Shown: positions 1-10,613, numbered from the stretch's first letter. The stretch: 64,000 nt of DNA from an uncultured Nitrospiraceae bacterium (GCA_963705105.1 CAVPIW010000012.1:96001-160000); one strand, 5' to 3'. Notes: generated by a model not told the origin, from the letters alone. Program-made: numbers and translations.

Positions 1-1395
1 GGAAATATTTACAAGGGCAGGGTCCTGAAGATCCTGCCGGGCATGCAATCGGCCTTTGTCGATGTCGGCCTCGAGAAGGCGGCTTTCCTCTACGTCGCCG
101 ACATCATGAGCGAGATGGAGGAGTATTACTCGACGTTCCTCGAAAACGATACGGAGAAGGTCGAGATCTATCCGAAGTCGGAATACATGGGCAAGCCCCT
201 GTCGATCGATGAGCTTATCCAGGAAGGGCAGGAGCTCCTCGTGCAGGTGTCGAAGGACCCCATCGGCACGAAGGGAGCGCGGGTCACATCCTATATAACT
301 CTTCCGGGACGGTATATCGTCCTCATGCCGAACGTGGAGCACGTCGGCATTTCCCGCCGGATCGAGAATGAGGAGCGCCGGTCGAAGCTGAAGGCCGTTG
401 CAGCGGAACTGAAACCGAAGGGTTTCGGGCTGATCATGAGAACGGCAAGCGAAGACGCGACGGTCGATGAGATCAGGAGGGACCTCGAATTCCTGCTGCT
501 CCTCTGGGAGAACATCCACAAGAAACGGGAACGCGTGTCTGCTCCCTGCCTGCTTTACAGCGACCTCGATCTCGTCTTCCGGAGCGTGCGCGATTTCATG
601 AGCCACGATGTGGAACGTCTCGTGATCGATTCCTCCGAGGAGTACGAAAGGGTCAAGGAATTTGGCAAGTCCTATTTCCCGAGGCTCGACAGCAGGATAG
701 AGCTGTACGACGGCCGCGAGCCGATCTTCGATGCCTTCGGCATCGAGCTCGACATATCGAGGGCCCTGGGCAGACGGGTGTGGCTGAAGTCCGGGGGATA
801 CATCGTCATTGACCAGACGGAGGCGATGACGGTCATCGACGTGAACACCGGCAAGTTCGTCGGCAACGAGAGCCTCGAAGACACGATTCTCAAGACGAAC
901 CTCGAAGCGGTCAAGGAGATCGCCTACCAGATCAGGCTCAGAAATCTCGGGGGCATCATCATCATCGACTTCATCGACATGGAAAAGGCGGAAAACAGGG
1001 ACAAGGTCTGCAGCGCCTTTTTCGAAGCCATGAAGCGTGACAGGGCGAAAAACACGATCTACAACATCTCCGAGCTCGGCATCATCCAGATGACGAGGAA
1101 GCGTGTCCGCGAGAGTCTCGGCCGCGTGCTCTGCGAGCAGTGCCATTACTGCGAAGGAAAGGGATTCATCAAGTCCACCCGTACCGTCGCCTATGAGATC
1201 TTCAGGAAGCTCAAGAAGATGAACGTCAACCGCGGTTCCACGACCCTCGTCAAGGCCAATCCCGCCGTGGCCGAGCTCCTGTCCGACGAGGAGAGGCAGG
1301 GCATCGAGGAGATCGAGAACACCTTCGGCATCAAGCTCATCGTCAAGGAAGACATCGGTCTTCACCAGGAAAACTACGAAATCTCCGTGCTCTGA
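1..1395 (+). CDS. rng: Ribonuclease G / Rne-Rng family (5' end outside window)
   Basis: Frame open from base 1: GNIYKGRV..PGMQSAFVD (S1 domain), DVNTG, NLGGIIIIDFID, CxxCxG motifs. Confidence 0.95.
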   Translation, partial: GNIYKGRVLKILPGMQSAFVDVGLEKAAFLYVADIMSEMEEYYSTFLENDTEKVEIYPKSEYMGKPLSIDELIQEGQELLVQVSKDPIGTKGARVTSYITLPGRYIVLMPNVEHVGISRRIENEERRSKLKAVAAELKPKGFGLIMRTASEDATVDEIRRDLEFLLLLWENIHKKRERVSAPCLLYSDLDLVFRSVRDFMSHDVERLVIDSSEEYERVKEFGKSYFPRLDSRIELYDGREPIFDAFGIELDISRALGRRVWLKSGGYIVIDQTEAMTVIDVNTGKFVGNESLEDTILKTNLEAVKEIAYQIRLRNLGGIIIIDFIDMEKAENRDKVCSAFFEAMKRDRAKNTIYNISELGIIQMTRKRVRESLGRVLCEQCHYCEGKGFIKSTRTVAYEIFRKLKKMNVNRGSTTLVKANPAVAELLSDEERQGIEEIENTFGIKLIVKEDIGLHQENYEISVL

Positions 1396-1412
1396 CCGGA
1401 CGGCGGCGAGGC

Positions 1413-2201
1413 ATGACGGCAAAGCGCGAACACCTTCTGTCCCTGCTCAGGGGGATGCAATCCGCTGTCGTTTCCTTTTCCGGGGGGGCGGACAGCACCC
1501 TTCTTCTTGCCTGTGCCGTGGAGTCCGGCATCCCCGTCCTGGCAGTCACCGCCGGCTCCGAGATCATGCCCTGCCGGGAGGTTGACGAAGCAATCGGGAC
1601 GGCCCGGCGCCTCGGTGTCTGTCATAGGATTATCCGGACAAATGAGCTCGACGATCCCGGCTTCGTGAGGAATGATAAGAACCGGTGTTATGTCTGCAAA
1701 GACAGGCGTTTCGGAGAGATGACGTCCATCGCAAGGAACGAGGGCTACAGTGCGGTCGTCGAGGGCAGTAACATCGATGACCGTTTGGCGTGGAGGCCGG
1801 GGATGAAGGCCGCTGCCGGCCACGGCGTCAGGAGCCCCCTTATCGAAGCGGGCCTGACGAAGGCCGAAATCAGGGAGCTGTCACGCGATATGGGCCTGCC
1901 GACATGGTCGAAACCTTCCTCTCCCTGTCTCGCGACGAGAATACCTTACGGGACGGCGATTACCCGCGATGCCCTCCTGAAGATCGCCGGCGCGGAAGAC
2001 GTCATCAGGTCTCTCGGTTTCCTCGAATTCAGGGTGAGGTGTCACGGCGATACGGCCCGCATCGAAGCAACGGGCGCCGATATCGGGCGTCTCCTCGATG
2101 GTGCGGTCAGGAGGGAAGTGACCTGTCGTCTCCGGGACCTCGGCTTTCGTTTCGTCACCGTCGATCTCGAGGAATTCAGGAGCGGTCGTTTCGATGAGTG
2201 A
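1413..2201 (+). CDS. larE: ATP-dependent sacrificial sulfur transferase, LarE family
   Basis: PP-loop SGGADS, RCYVCK, RPG, PCLATRIPYG motifs. Confidence 0.88.
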   Translation: MTAKREHLLSLLRGMQSAVVSFSGGADSTLLLACAVESGIPVLAVTAGSEIMPCREVDEAIGTARRLGVCHRIIRTNELDDPGFVRNDKNRCYVCKDRRFGEMTSIARNEGYSAVVEGSNIDDRLAWRPGMKAAAGHGVRSPLIEAGLTKAEIRELSRDMGLPTWSKPSSPCLATRIPYGTAITRDALLKIAGAEDVIRSLGFLEFRVRCHGDTARIEATGADIGRLLDGAVRREVTCRLRDLGFRFVTVDLEEFRSGRFDE

Positions 2202-3471
2202 CAACGCAGCGGGCCTCCCTCCGAAAGTTGAAAATGATGAAAGGGATCTCTTCGGCCTCGAGTCCTGTGTCCGCTGCGGGAGCTGCAAGGCCCGGTGCCC
2301 GACCTATGAGGAGGACCCCCATGAGGGCATGAGCGCCCGCGGCAGGGCGGTGCTCCTCGACAGTTTCCTGAGGGGAGAAATCGGCGTCTCCGAAAAGCTC
2401 GACGGGAGGATTCAGAGCTGCATGCTCTGCGGGAACTGCAGCAGGATCTGCCCCCTCGGGATATCCGTACCCGATGCCGTTTACCACGCCAGGTTTATGC
2501 TCAGGAGCAGGACGAGAAAGAGACGTATGCTCAATCTCGGCGCCCGCCTGGCCGTGAAGAAGGCGAGGGAGGGATTTGTCGTTGCGAAATGGCTGAAGGC
2601 GGCAGGCGCGTTCCTGCCCCTGGAGCGGTTCGAGCCCTATCAGCTGATGAAGGACCTGGACCTGCACTTCCCGGACAGGGTGCTCCGCGAGGGGACATCG
2701 ATATTCAAGGTGTCCAGGTCCCGCGGGAGAGTCGCCGTTTTTGCGGGATGCACTGTCAACTACCTGTTTCCCTCGCTCGGCGCCGACCTCATCAGGAGTC
2801 TCAATGCCCTCCGGTTCGATGTCATTATGCCGAGGGGTGAAGCCTGCTGTGCGGCGCCGCTCCTCAGTCTCGGGCTCGTGGAAGATGCCGCGGCGATGGC
2901 AGAGAAGAACGTCAGACTCTACAGGGGGCTCAATACCGAGGCGGTGATCAGCCTCTGCCCGACCTGCACCCATTTCATAGGTCATGAATACGGACGGCTC
3001 ATCGGTGAAGGGATCGACAATATCCGGGAGGTGTCGCAGTTCTTCGCCGACCGGATGAAGGAGGGGGACTTCGGCGGGAAGGCGCCGCTCACTCCTCACC
3101 GGCAGGGGAAGAAGATCGTCTATCATGACCCCTGCCATGCCGTCAACTATTTCGGCGCCGGGGCCGAGCCGAGGGACATCCTGTCGTCCATGGGAATCTC
3201 GCTGACGGAGCCGAAAGACCGGGGATGCTGCGGTTTTGCGGGCACCTTCAGGGTGCTCCACGGCGATCTCTCGAAGGCCATTCTCGAACGGCGGATTGGT
3301 GATTATGCGGATGCAGACACGATCGTCACCTCATGCCCGAACTGCATGATCCAGTTCAGGAGCAGGATGAAGGACAAGGAGATCAAACATATCATAGAAT
3401 ACATCAGGTATGCCCTTCAGTTGCATGAAAAGGCGGGGCGAAACACTCTGATAAAGTGTGAGTGTCAGTGA
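2194..3471 (+). CDS. (Fe-S)-binding protein, GlcF/heterodisulfide reductase-like (CCG domains)
   Basis: Two CxxCxxCxxxCP ferredoxin motifs, CCAAP/CCGF, YHDPCH, TSCPNC. Confidence 0.88.
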   Translation: MSDNAAGLPPKVENDERDLFGLESCVRCGSCKARCPTYEEDPHEGMSARGRAVLLDSFLRGEIGVSEKLDGRIQSCMLCGNCSRICPLGISVPDAVYHARFMLRSRTRKRRMLNLGARLAVKKAREGFVVAKWLKAAGAFLPLERFEPYQLMKDLDLHFPDRVLREGTSIFKVSRSRGRVAVFAGCTVNYLFPSLGADLIRSLNALRFDVIMPRGEACCAAPLLSLGLVEDAAAMAEKNVRLYRGLNTEAVISLCPTCTHFIGHEYGRLIGEGIDNIREVSQFFADRMKEGDFGGKAPLTPHRQGKKIVYHDPCHAVNYFGAGAEPRDILSSMGISLTEPKDRGCCGFAGTFRVLHGDLSKAILERRIGDYADADTIVTSCPNCMIQFRSRMKDKEIKHIIEYIRYALQLHEKAGRNTLIKCECQ

Positions 3472-3503
3472 CAGTGTGAGTGTCGGCAAAAAGGCTCATT
3501 TTT
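3418..3503. repeat. Modular intergenic repeat (AAAGGCGGGGCGAA core + CAGTGT/GAGTGT hexamers)
   Basis: Same modules at about 5290-5346, 19510-19577 (reverse), 25383-25453. Confidence 0.8.
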
Positions 3504-3572
3504 TCGGCGCATACGCCCCGCCGTTATGATGGGGCATTGCAGCAATAAAGTATACTTTACCGGGAGGAAGAC

Positions 3573-4391
3573 ATGGATAAAGAGATGATACAGAAGGGGT
3601 CGGAAGAAGAGATTGGGGATGAAGGCGAGGAGCTCCCCGTTCACCTGGGAGGAAAACGCACCGTGAAGGCGGGCTGTTCCCGTTGCGGAGAGTGCTGTAC
3701 GTCGGGCACCCCGGTGCTGCTCAGGGATGACCTGCAGCTTTTCCGGTCCGGTGTTCTCTCCCACGAGACGGTGTATGCCGTCCGGGAAGGAGAGAGGCAG
3801 CGGTCGCCGCAGGACGGGGAATTTTATGAGTCTCCGCTGGAGCTTCTCAGAGTGAGGGAGCAAAAGGACACGAACGTCTGTACGTTCTTCGGCGGTGACG
3901 AAGGATGCGGCATCTACGAAACGCGTCCCCTTCAGTGCAGGAGGTTCGCCTGCTGGCGGCCCGGCGACGTGAAACCGGGCCTGCAGGAGGAGCGGCTGAG
4001 CCGGTCCGATCTCTTCGGTGACGTCGAGTTTCTCATGCAGGTCATGGCACGCCACGAAGAGAAGTGCTCGTACCGTAAGTTTGCCGATGCCATTGACCGG
4101 GCGGCGGGAGGCGATGATGCCGCGGCGGAAGAGGCTTTGGACGTTCTCCGGTATGATACGTACATGAGAGAGTATCTGAAAGAGAAGTTTTCCCTGTCCG
4201 ACAACGCCGTCGATCTCATCCTCGGCAGGGCGCTTACGGATACGGTCGTTGGTTTCGGGCTTCAGGTCAGCAGAGAGGGGGATGAGTACGTCGTGACTCC
4301 CCTGGAGAAAGCCAAGCCGGATTGTGAGACTGAGAAGACCTGTACTATTGAAATGGACTGCCACAACTGTCAGAAAGGGGAGGACGCATGA
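3573..4391 (+). CDS. YkgJ family cysteine-cluster protein
   Basis: CxRCGxCC and CxFF..CxIYExRPxxCR motifs. Confidence 0.85.
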   Translation: MDKEMIQKGSEEEIGDEGEELPVHLGGKRTVKAGCSRCGECCTSGTPVLLRDDLQLFRSGVLSHETVYAVREGERQRSPQDGEFYESPLELLRVREQKDTNVCTFFGGDEGCGIYETRPLQCRRFACWRPGDVKPGLQEERLSRSDLFGDVEFLMQVMARHEEKCSYRKFADAIDRAAGGDDAAAEEALDVLRYDTYMREYLKEKFSLSDNAVDLILGRALTDTVVGFGLQVSREGDEYVVTPLEKAKPDCETEKTCTIEMDCHNCQKGEDA

Positions 4392-5035
4392 AATTCTTCA
4401 TCGATACGGCAAACGTCGACGAGATCCGCAGGGCCTGGGACCTGGGAGTGATCGACGGAGTCACGACGAACCCCACGCTCATAGCGAGGGAAAAGGGGGA
4501 CCCGGCAGGGCTGCTGAAAGAGATCTGCAGCATCGTCGACGGGCCCGTCAGCGCCGAAGCGATAAGCCTGCAGACGAATGATATGGTGAGAGAGGCGGAG
4601 GTGCTGGCGGACATCCATGAGAATATCGTCGTCAAGATCCCGATGACGGAAGAGGGGCTCAAGGCCGTGAAGAGGCTGTCGTCAGCGGGCATCAGAACGA
4701 ACGTGACGCTCATATTTTCGTCCAGCCAGGCCCTGCTCGCCGCAAAGGCGGGTGCGACCTACGTGAGTCCCTTCGTGGGCAGGCTCGATGACATCAGTCA
4801 TCAGGGCATGGACGTCGTGGCGGACATCCAGGACATGTTCGAGAACTACATGTTCGACACCGAGGTCATCGTGGCAAGCATCCGCAATCCCCTCCACGTC
4901 ATCGAGGCGGCGAAGATCGGGGCCGATATCGCCACCATTCCGTACAGCGTGATCACCCAGCTCATCAGGCATCCCCTGACGGACATCGGAATCGAAAAGT
5001 TCCTGAAGGACTGGGAGAAGGTGAAGTCGCGGTGA
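4388..5035 (+). CDS. tal: Transaldolase / fructose-6-phosphate aldolase
   Basis: [31 protein letters not shown] motifs. Confidence 0.95.
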   Translation: MKFFIDTANVDEIRRAWDLGVIDGVTTNPTLIAREKGDPAGLLKEICSIVDGPVSAEAISLQTNDMVREAEVLADIHENIVVKIPMTEEGLKAVKRLSSAGIRTNVTLIFSSSQALLAAKAGATYVSPFVGRLDDISHQGMDVVADIQDMFENYMFDTEVIVASIRNPLHVIEAAKIGADIATIPYSVITQLIRHPLTDIGIEKFLKDWEKVKSR

Positions 5036-5271
5036 GCGAAGAGTGGGAGGAGATCCGCCTGATCTATGATCCCCTTGAGGCTGAGATCATCAAGGATCTC
5101 CTGGAGAGCGGCGGCATACCCGTCGTCATCAGGTCGTCGAAGGTGAGCCCCTATCCCGTCAATGTGGGGAAGATGGGTGAGATCAGGATCCTCGTGCGGC
5201 GGGAAGACAGGGAGCTTGCCGAGGAGGTCATCGAGGGGATGGGCGGCGAAGATGAGAGCGAGACAGAGTAA
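5032..5271 (+). CDS. DUF2007-like small protein
   Basis: [15 protein letters not shown] motif; overlaps tal stop (GTGA). Confidence 0.75.
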   Translation: MSEEWEEIRLIYDPLEAEIIKDLLESGGIPVVIRSSKVSPYPVNVGKMGEIRILVRREDRELAEEVIEGMGGEDESETE

Positions 5272-5360
5272 ACCTCGCAGTTGGAGGAAAAGTCGGGGCG
5301 AAGCGCTCTGAAAAACAGTGACAGTGTGAGTGTCAGTGTCAGTGTCACTACCGCTGCCGC

Positions 5361-5531
5361 CGGGGAAGGCAAATATGGTTCAAAGCCTTTCCAATGCGAT
5401 GATGAGACATCTCAAGGTGTTCAGCGCCTGTTGCCTGACGGGCTTGTGGTATCAGTAGACACGGCAGAGGGTGGTCCGGGGATGAATAAGGTATCTTAGC
5501 GGAAAGGCTTTTCACCACATCAGCCTTCCCG
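5361..5531. repeat. 171-bp terminally inverted repeat element, copy 1 (type A)
   Basis: Starts GGGAAGGC-AAATATGG-TTCAAAGCCTTTCC, ends GGAAAGGCTTTT-CACCACAT-CAGCCTTCCC; second copy at 14318-14488. Confidence 0.85.
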
Positions 5532-5655
5532 CCCGAATGTTCGTGGCCAGATTGCGACGAGCGACTGCTGACTGGTGACTCAATGACTCTACGGTGGCAT
5601 CTTCGCCCTGCTTTTCGCAGTGGCATTGCAACGATAGTGCTGTAAGGAGGTGGCT

Positions 5656-6045
5656 ATGAGAAAGGTTGTTTTTCTGGTTCTGGCGCTTTTTTTCGTCGTG
5701 AGTTGTGCGACCGGGAAAGGAGCGCCGAGGATCGCCAAGGATGACGTGAAAGCGAAACTCGGCTCGGCTGATGTCGTGCTGATCGATGTCAGGAGCGATG
5801 CGGACTGGGACAAGAGCACCGAGAAGATCGTCGGCGCGAAGAGGGTCGATCCGAAAAACATCGACTCCTGGGTGGGCACGGTGCCGAAAGACAAGGAGAT
5901 CATCCTCTACTGCGCCTGACCGAACGAGGGAACAAGCGCCCGTGTGGCGCAGGAACTGATCGACAGGGGTTTCACGAAGGCGAAGGCACTCAAGGGCGGC
6001 TGGAAGGAATGGAAGGAAAGCGGCTACCCTGTGGAGCCGAAATAA
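5656..6045 (+). CDS. Rhodanese-domain lipoprotein, probable selenoprotein (YCAU, TGA at 5917-5919)
   Basis: Frame continues past TGA as PNEGTSARVAQELIDRGF..LKGGWKEWKESGYPVE (rhodanese C-terminal signature) to TAA 6043-6045; lipobox VVSC; AGGAGG RBS. Confidence 0.88.
5936..5950 (+). promoter_or_regulatory. Putative bacterial SECIS hairpin
   Basis: GCGCC-CGTGT-GGCGC stem-loop 16 nt after the in-frame TGA. Confidence 0.65.
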
Positions 6046-6060
6046 TCGTTGTGATTACAT

Positions 6061-6090
6061 AAAAAAAGGCAGGGCGGGACCCTGCTTTTT
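6061..6090. terminator. Rho-independent terminator (bidirectional type)
   Basis: A-run, GCAGGG-CGGGA-CCCTGC hairpin, T-run, right after the extended rhodanese stop. Confidence 0.8.
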
Positions 6091-6202
6091 CTTATGTAGA
6101 AGCCGTGACCTCACTGGCAATGTTCGAGTCGCGACACCTTCCTGAAGGTCCGTGCTTTTCAAGAAACATAATCAAATGACAAGCCAGCAAAGGAGGAGCT
6201 CA

Positions 6203-6664
6203 ATGAAGACAGCAATTATATTGTTGATGACAATGATGATTCTGTTGACTTTCGGGTTTGCAGAGGCACAGACGGCTGTGACTTATCTTGGAGAATTTTG
6301 TGTCGTAGACAATTCAGCCTTGGGGCGTCCACCAGAGCCGCTGTTTAAAGTTGGAATATTGTACTACGGCGATAAACACCTTGCTTTAAACGGGGAATGG
6401 TTGGGTGGAATTCCTGAACCAGTATATGGTTCTGCAATGATCAGCGGCGATAATCTTGTAGCAACTGTGACCTCTTCGTTGGTGAGTGGCACATACGGTA
6501 CTTTTTACACAGTTAGTTATCTTGTAGTAAACCTTACTCCTCCAGATGGTTCAACGATGATGTTCTTCGGGACTATGACGTCTATGACTACTACCTTTCA
6601 GCCGATTCCTGCACAACAGACGACCGTTCAGAGACCGATATATATGGTTCCCTGTAATCTTTAG
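6203..6664 (+). CDS. Hypothetical secreted protein (probable integron cassette gene)
   Basis: AGGAGG RBS, signal peptide ending AEA, lower GC; followed by an attC once the IS is removed. Confidence 0.65.
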   Translation: MKTAIILLMTMMILLTFGFAEAQTAVTYLGEFCVVDNSALGRPPEPLFKVGILYYGDKHLALNGEWLGGIPEPVYGSAMISGDNLVATVTSSLVSGTYGTFYTVSYLVVNLTPPDGSTMMFFGTMTSMTTTFQPIPAQQTTVQRPIYMVPCNL

Positions 6665-6665
6665 T

Positions 6666-8049
6666 TGACAAGGTTCAACACATCGTTTACTTATTTTAGG
6701 TTCAAGAGATCGTTTACTATCGCTCTTTGACAATGATGTAGCCACAGCCGATTTAATCATGAACATCTGTTTTGCGGAGGTGTTCATGAAGAAGACTCTC
6801 CTGAAGCAACGGGTATCGGCAGTACAGCGATACCTCAAAGGGGAAAGTCCCCAAAGTATCTGCTCTTCATTGAGAAAGACAAAGCCGTGGCTGTACAAAT
6901 GGATAGCTCGGTATATCCCAGATGATCCAACATGGTTTGAAGACCAGTCCCGGCGACCCCTTACAAGCCGATCCCGGACGCCTACGGAAATTGAAAAGAT
7001 CGTGGAGATGGTTCGGTTAAGCCTGTACAATAAGGGACTGTTTTGCGGCAAGCAGGCTATCCAATGGGAAATGATTGACATGGAGATTCAACCGCTCCCT
7101 TCCCTAAGCACGATCGGTCGTATCTTGCGCCGTCTCGAATTGACTCATCGACGGATCGGGAGATATGAGCCCAAGGGCAAGAAGTATCCCGAACTTCCGG
7201 CGCTTTTGCCCAATCAAACGCACCAAATTGTTCGTGGATGGTGCCTATTATCTACCGGCCCAATCAAGTTCTACAGCCTGCATGCCGTTGATGCCGCAAT
7301 CAACCGGTGTGGGATCGAGTCGATACCTTCCCGCGCGGCGCAAAGCGTTGTGGATGCTGTTTACGCAATTTGGCTGCGGATGGGAATCCCGGAGAATCTT
7401 CAAGTGGACAACGAATGGGCCTTCTTTGGAAGTCCGGTGCACCCGCGAGGCATGGGTGCGCTTATTCGCCTTTGCCTGCGTTACGGCGTCCACTGTGGTT
7501 CATCATTCGGAGCCATGGATATTCAGCCTTGTCGAGACGTTCAATGATCATTATGAGCAGAAGTGTGGCGCCAAGGTCAGGATTCCCTCAAGGACGCAGC
7601 TTCACCAAGAATCGCTTGCGTTCGAGCATAGGCACAACAGCACCTATCGCTATAGCAAGATTAAGGGGAAAACTCCTCTGAAAGCATTGGCTGACACAGA
7701 AAGGAAATTAATCTTCCCAAGCAAGAGCGATACCCGGAGACATCCCTTGGATAAGCCGGAAGAGGGATACTACCACTTCGTGCGATTCATTCGAGGCAAC
7801 TGCCGGCTAAACATCTTCGGCGAAATGTTTCTTACTCCCCCGGAGACCCAGTACGAATACGCTGTGGCTACTGTCGATGTCAAAGATCAAAAGCTGAAGC
7901 TCTTCCTGGACAGGACCCAGGTCGAAGAATACAAATATCAGCTGCGATAATTGTTGATACCGGTCACGGCATCGTGAAGCATATCGACTCTAAATGAGTA
8001 AACGATGTCGTGACCCTTTCTTGAGTAAACGATGTCCTGAACTTTATCA
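6666..8049 (+). mobile_element. IS481-like insertion sequence, transposase frameshifted (about 6787-7950)
   Basis: IRs TGACAAGGTTCAACACATCGTTTACT / AGTAAACGATGTCCTGAACTTTATCA with iterated sub-repeats; 6-bp TSD TTTAGT at 6660-6665 and 8050-8055; HTH + LQVDNE integrase core in two frames. Confidence 0.85.
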
Positions 8050-8066
8050 TTTAGTGAATAAGAAAC

Positions 8067-8131
8067 GCAGAACCGGCCGCTCAAGCCGATCGCAGCCCGC
8101 TGGGCTGCTCTGGCTTAGCTTTTCGTTGGGC
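8067..8131 (+). other. Integron attC site
   Basis: GCAGAAC ... GTTGGGC core sites around an imperfect palindrome. Confidence 0.8.
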
Positions 8132-8153
8132 GTCAAAAGACAGGGATAGATGA

Positions 8154-8351
8154 ATGCCACAAAAGATCAGAGATCTCATTGCCGACTTGGAAAGAGCTGG
8201 ATTTGTGAATCGCGGGGGCAAAGGAAACCACAGGAATTATGTTCACCCTATGGTGATCAGGCCCGTGACGGTATCTGGCAATCTTGGTGATGATGCCAAA
8301 CAATACCAGATCAGGTCAGTTCGATTGGCACTACAGGAGGCAAAGAAATGA
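8154..8351 (+). CDS. hicA: HicA family toxin
   Basis: 65 aa, GGKGNHRNYVHP motif. Confidence 0.85.
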   Translation: MPQKIRDLIADLERAGFVNRGGKGNHRNYVHPMVIRPVTVSGNLGDDAKQYQIRSVRLALQEAKK

Positions 8352-8587
8352 AGGATAGCGCACGATACGCCAAAATAGTTGAATGGTCTGAGGAGGATCA
8401 ATGTTACGTCGGCAGTGCTCCTGGCTTAATCTATGGCGGGTGCCACGGCAACGATGAGAAAGAGGTCTTCGATCATCTTTGCCTCATAGTCGAAGAGGCC
8501 ATTGCACTATATAAAGCCGATGGCAAGGAACTACCTCCATCTACATCAGGCCGCGATTTCGCCAATAAGATGTTGCAAGTCGCATAA
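8348..8587 (+). CDS. hicB: HicB family antitoxin
   Basis: VEWSEED..VGSAPGL..GCHG..GKELP; ATGA overlap with hicA. Confidence 0.8.
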   Translation: MKDSARYAKIVEWSEEDQCYVGSAPGLIYGGCHGNDEKEVFDHLCLIVEEAIALYKADGKELPPSTSGRDFANKMLQVA

Positions 8588-8653
8588 CCATTGCCTGCAC
8601 ACGGATGACCGTCAGCCGTCTACTTCGGGCCACCGGTGAGGCAGACGTTGGGC
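8582..8653 (+). other. Integron attC site
   Basis: GCATAAC (contains hicB stop) ... GTTGGGC; TGCCT/AGGCA inner arms. Confidence 0.8.
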
Positions 8654-8756
8654 GTCATCACCGCGAATGACAGACTCCGTCCCGTTCCTGTGATTGCATG
8701 AAGTGATAGTTTTGATTCGTGCCACTCTGATGGGAAGTGAATGAAACCAACCTCAA

Positions 8757-10613
8757 ACTCATTTTCGACAGTTGATTTCAAAAAGCTCTGGTGATTCAGT
8801 GCGTTATAATGGTTCAAAAAGAGTTTGGCACTACGCCCTCTCTGTGTACCTGGATCAACTCAGCAAGGTCGCCGGTGAGGGTGGTCGAACTCCCGCAGCC
8901 GTAAATGCATGATGAGCCGTCCCCTTCAGATCGGTCCGCAACAGGTAGTTCCTGCCATCCAGTTCCACATGCACCGCCCGGACCTGCCCCAGATCCTGCA
9001 TCACTGTCGGCCAGGACACATCGATCCCCTTGTCCTCAAAACGTCTCTGTAGATCCACCTCAAGTCGCAATGCCAGGAATCCGGCCACAATGTGCCCGAT
9101 CGATGTGTCATCACGATGATGAAAGATCGGCCGCACCTGTAATGTCGACTTCTGCTCCCGGAACGTCCGCTCCACACGCCACAAACTCTTGTACGTCCGG
9201 GCGACGTCCTCGGCTGACAGTTCCGTGTTGGTCCGGAGCACAAACTTCCCGTCATATCGCGCATCGGCCTGCACCGCCTCCTGGTTGATCTGTGCCGAGC
9301 CCTTCTGGATCTTCAGAAACCGCGCATAGCCCTTGTTGCCCACCAGGGACTTCATCCCCTGTTTGTCGATCTTTTCCTGTAACCGCTGCAGGATCGCCTC
9401 CCTCGCAGCCCTGTCCTTGGCCGCTTCTTCCTCGTTCAGACAGACGATGTACCGCCGCTCCCCTACAACGACTTCCTTGACCTTGAGGTTGCAGGCAACC
9501 TGCCGGTACCGACCCGCCCGTGCCAGCACGTCCTCACTCACCTCTTTCTGTCTGCGCATCCGGCATCCGAGTATATAGTCATAGGGGGAACTCTCATGGC
9601 CGTTCAGCAGTTCAATGGCATCTGTACTGATCATCCCCCGGTCTGCGACAACAACGGCTTTGCGAATCCGGAACCTCTGCCGCATCTTGTCGATCACCAC
9701 CTGCAACGCCGCCTTGTCCGCCGTATGACCGGGCAGGATCTCCCAAGAGATCGGCCACCCCTTGCCGTCAACAACAACGGCCAGCACCATCTGCGGCAGA
9801 TCAGCACGGCGATCTCGGGAGTATCCCCGCTTGCGCCACTCCGTCTCCTCCGTCCGGTAGACATACACACTGGTCGTGTCCAGAAAGACCAGATCGAGCT
9901 GCTGACTGAACAAGTCCCGGTCACGATGAAACAGTTCCCTCTCCAGGTCTTCCCTGATGTCGCTCAGAAACCCGTTGGTCCGGTACAGATGCTGTAATGC
10001 AACTCCTTGTAACCCCTCCACCGTGTCGATCCACCCGCATCCCTGAAGATCAGATCCCGGTGCGCATAACCGCTGAAGAGCCATGGCAAAGGATACCCTC
10101 TCGGGATCAAAGCTGAACTTCCGATCCCGGGCCAATCCCTGCAGAATCTCCGGAAGGTGTTGGTGCTGCCATAAACGGCCGAACACCAGGGGATGACCCC
10201 AGAGTTTGGCACTGTGTGCCGTAATGTCTTGTGTCCGGACGGCTTGCACGACACGGAGCTTCTCGCTGAACTTCGCCATGCTCTTGAGGAGGTCATCCAG
10301 CTGACCGGAAGCGATGAGCTCATCCCGTCGTCCCAGGGTCGCAAGGACCCGCTGACGCGGCTTGCCTGCATCACGGAACGATTCGACGATCTGGATGTAT
10401 TCGTAAGTGGCATAATTATGGATGCTACGCTTGACTCTGACGAACATGCATCTATTATGAATAATGACGTATGTCTTGTCAAGAGAATATGACGACTGGA
10501 GAGTATACTTTAGGCACTACATTTGAAGCATAATGACGTTTTTAGAAGGCTTATCTTCTTGTTCTTGTTAGATTGCCATACTCGCTAACCGGCTCCAACT
10601 GTCGAAAATGAGT
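8757..10613 (-). mobile_element. IS1634-family element
   Basis: Perfect IR ACTCATTTTCGACAGTTG at 8757-8774 and 10596-10613 around an intact transposase. Confidence 0.9.
8855..10447 (-). CDS. IS1634-family transposase
   Basis: FLDTTS, GYSRDRR, VVADRGM, YKSLWRVERTFR DDE motifs. Confidence 0.92.
   Translation of the reverse strand: MFVRVKRSIHNYATYEYIQIVESFRDAGKPRQRVLATLGRRDELIASGQLDDLLKSMAKFSEKLRVVQAVRTQDITAHSAKLWGHPLVFGRLWQHQHLPEILQGLARDRKFSFDPERVSFAMALQRLCAPGSDLQGCGWIDTVEGLQGVALQHLYRTNGFLSDIREDLERELFHRDRDLFSQQLDLVFLDTTSVYVYRTEETEWRKRGYSRDRRADLPQMVLAVVVDGKGWPISWEILPGHTADKAALQVVIDKMRQRFRIRKAVVVADRGMISTDAIELLNGHESSPYDYILGCRMRRQKEVSEDVLARAGRYRQVACNLKVKEVVVGERRYIVCLNEEEAAKDRAAREAILQRLQEKIDKQGMKSLVGNKGYARFLKIQKGSAQINQEAVQADARYDGKFVLRTNTELSAEDVARTYKSLWRVERTFREQKSTLQVRPIFHHRDDTSIGHIVAGFLALRLEVDLQRRFEDKGIDVSWPTVMQDLGQVRAVHVELDGRNYLLRTDLKGTAHHAFTAAGVRPPSPATLLS

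Noticed and set aside
1413..3471. larE plus Fe-S gene as a lactate racemase system
   Set aside because: No larA/larB/larC in the window; stand-alone larE is common
5281..5626. Small ORFs with SVSVSV/TLTLTL runs (also near 14517, 32457, 38024, 48387)
   Set aside because: Translations of the intergenic repeat family, not genes
6100..6140. GTTCGAGTC as a tRNA T-loop (e.g. selC or integration site)
   Set aside because: No acceptor, D or anticodon stems could be built around it
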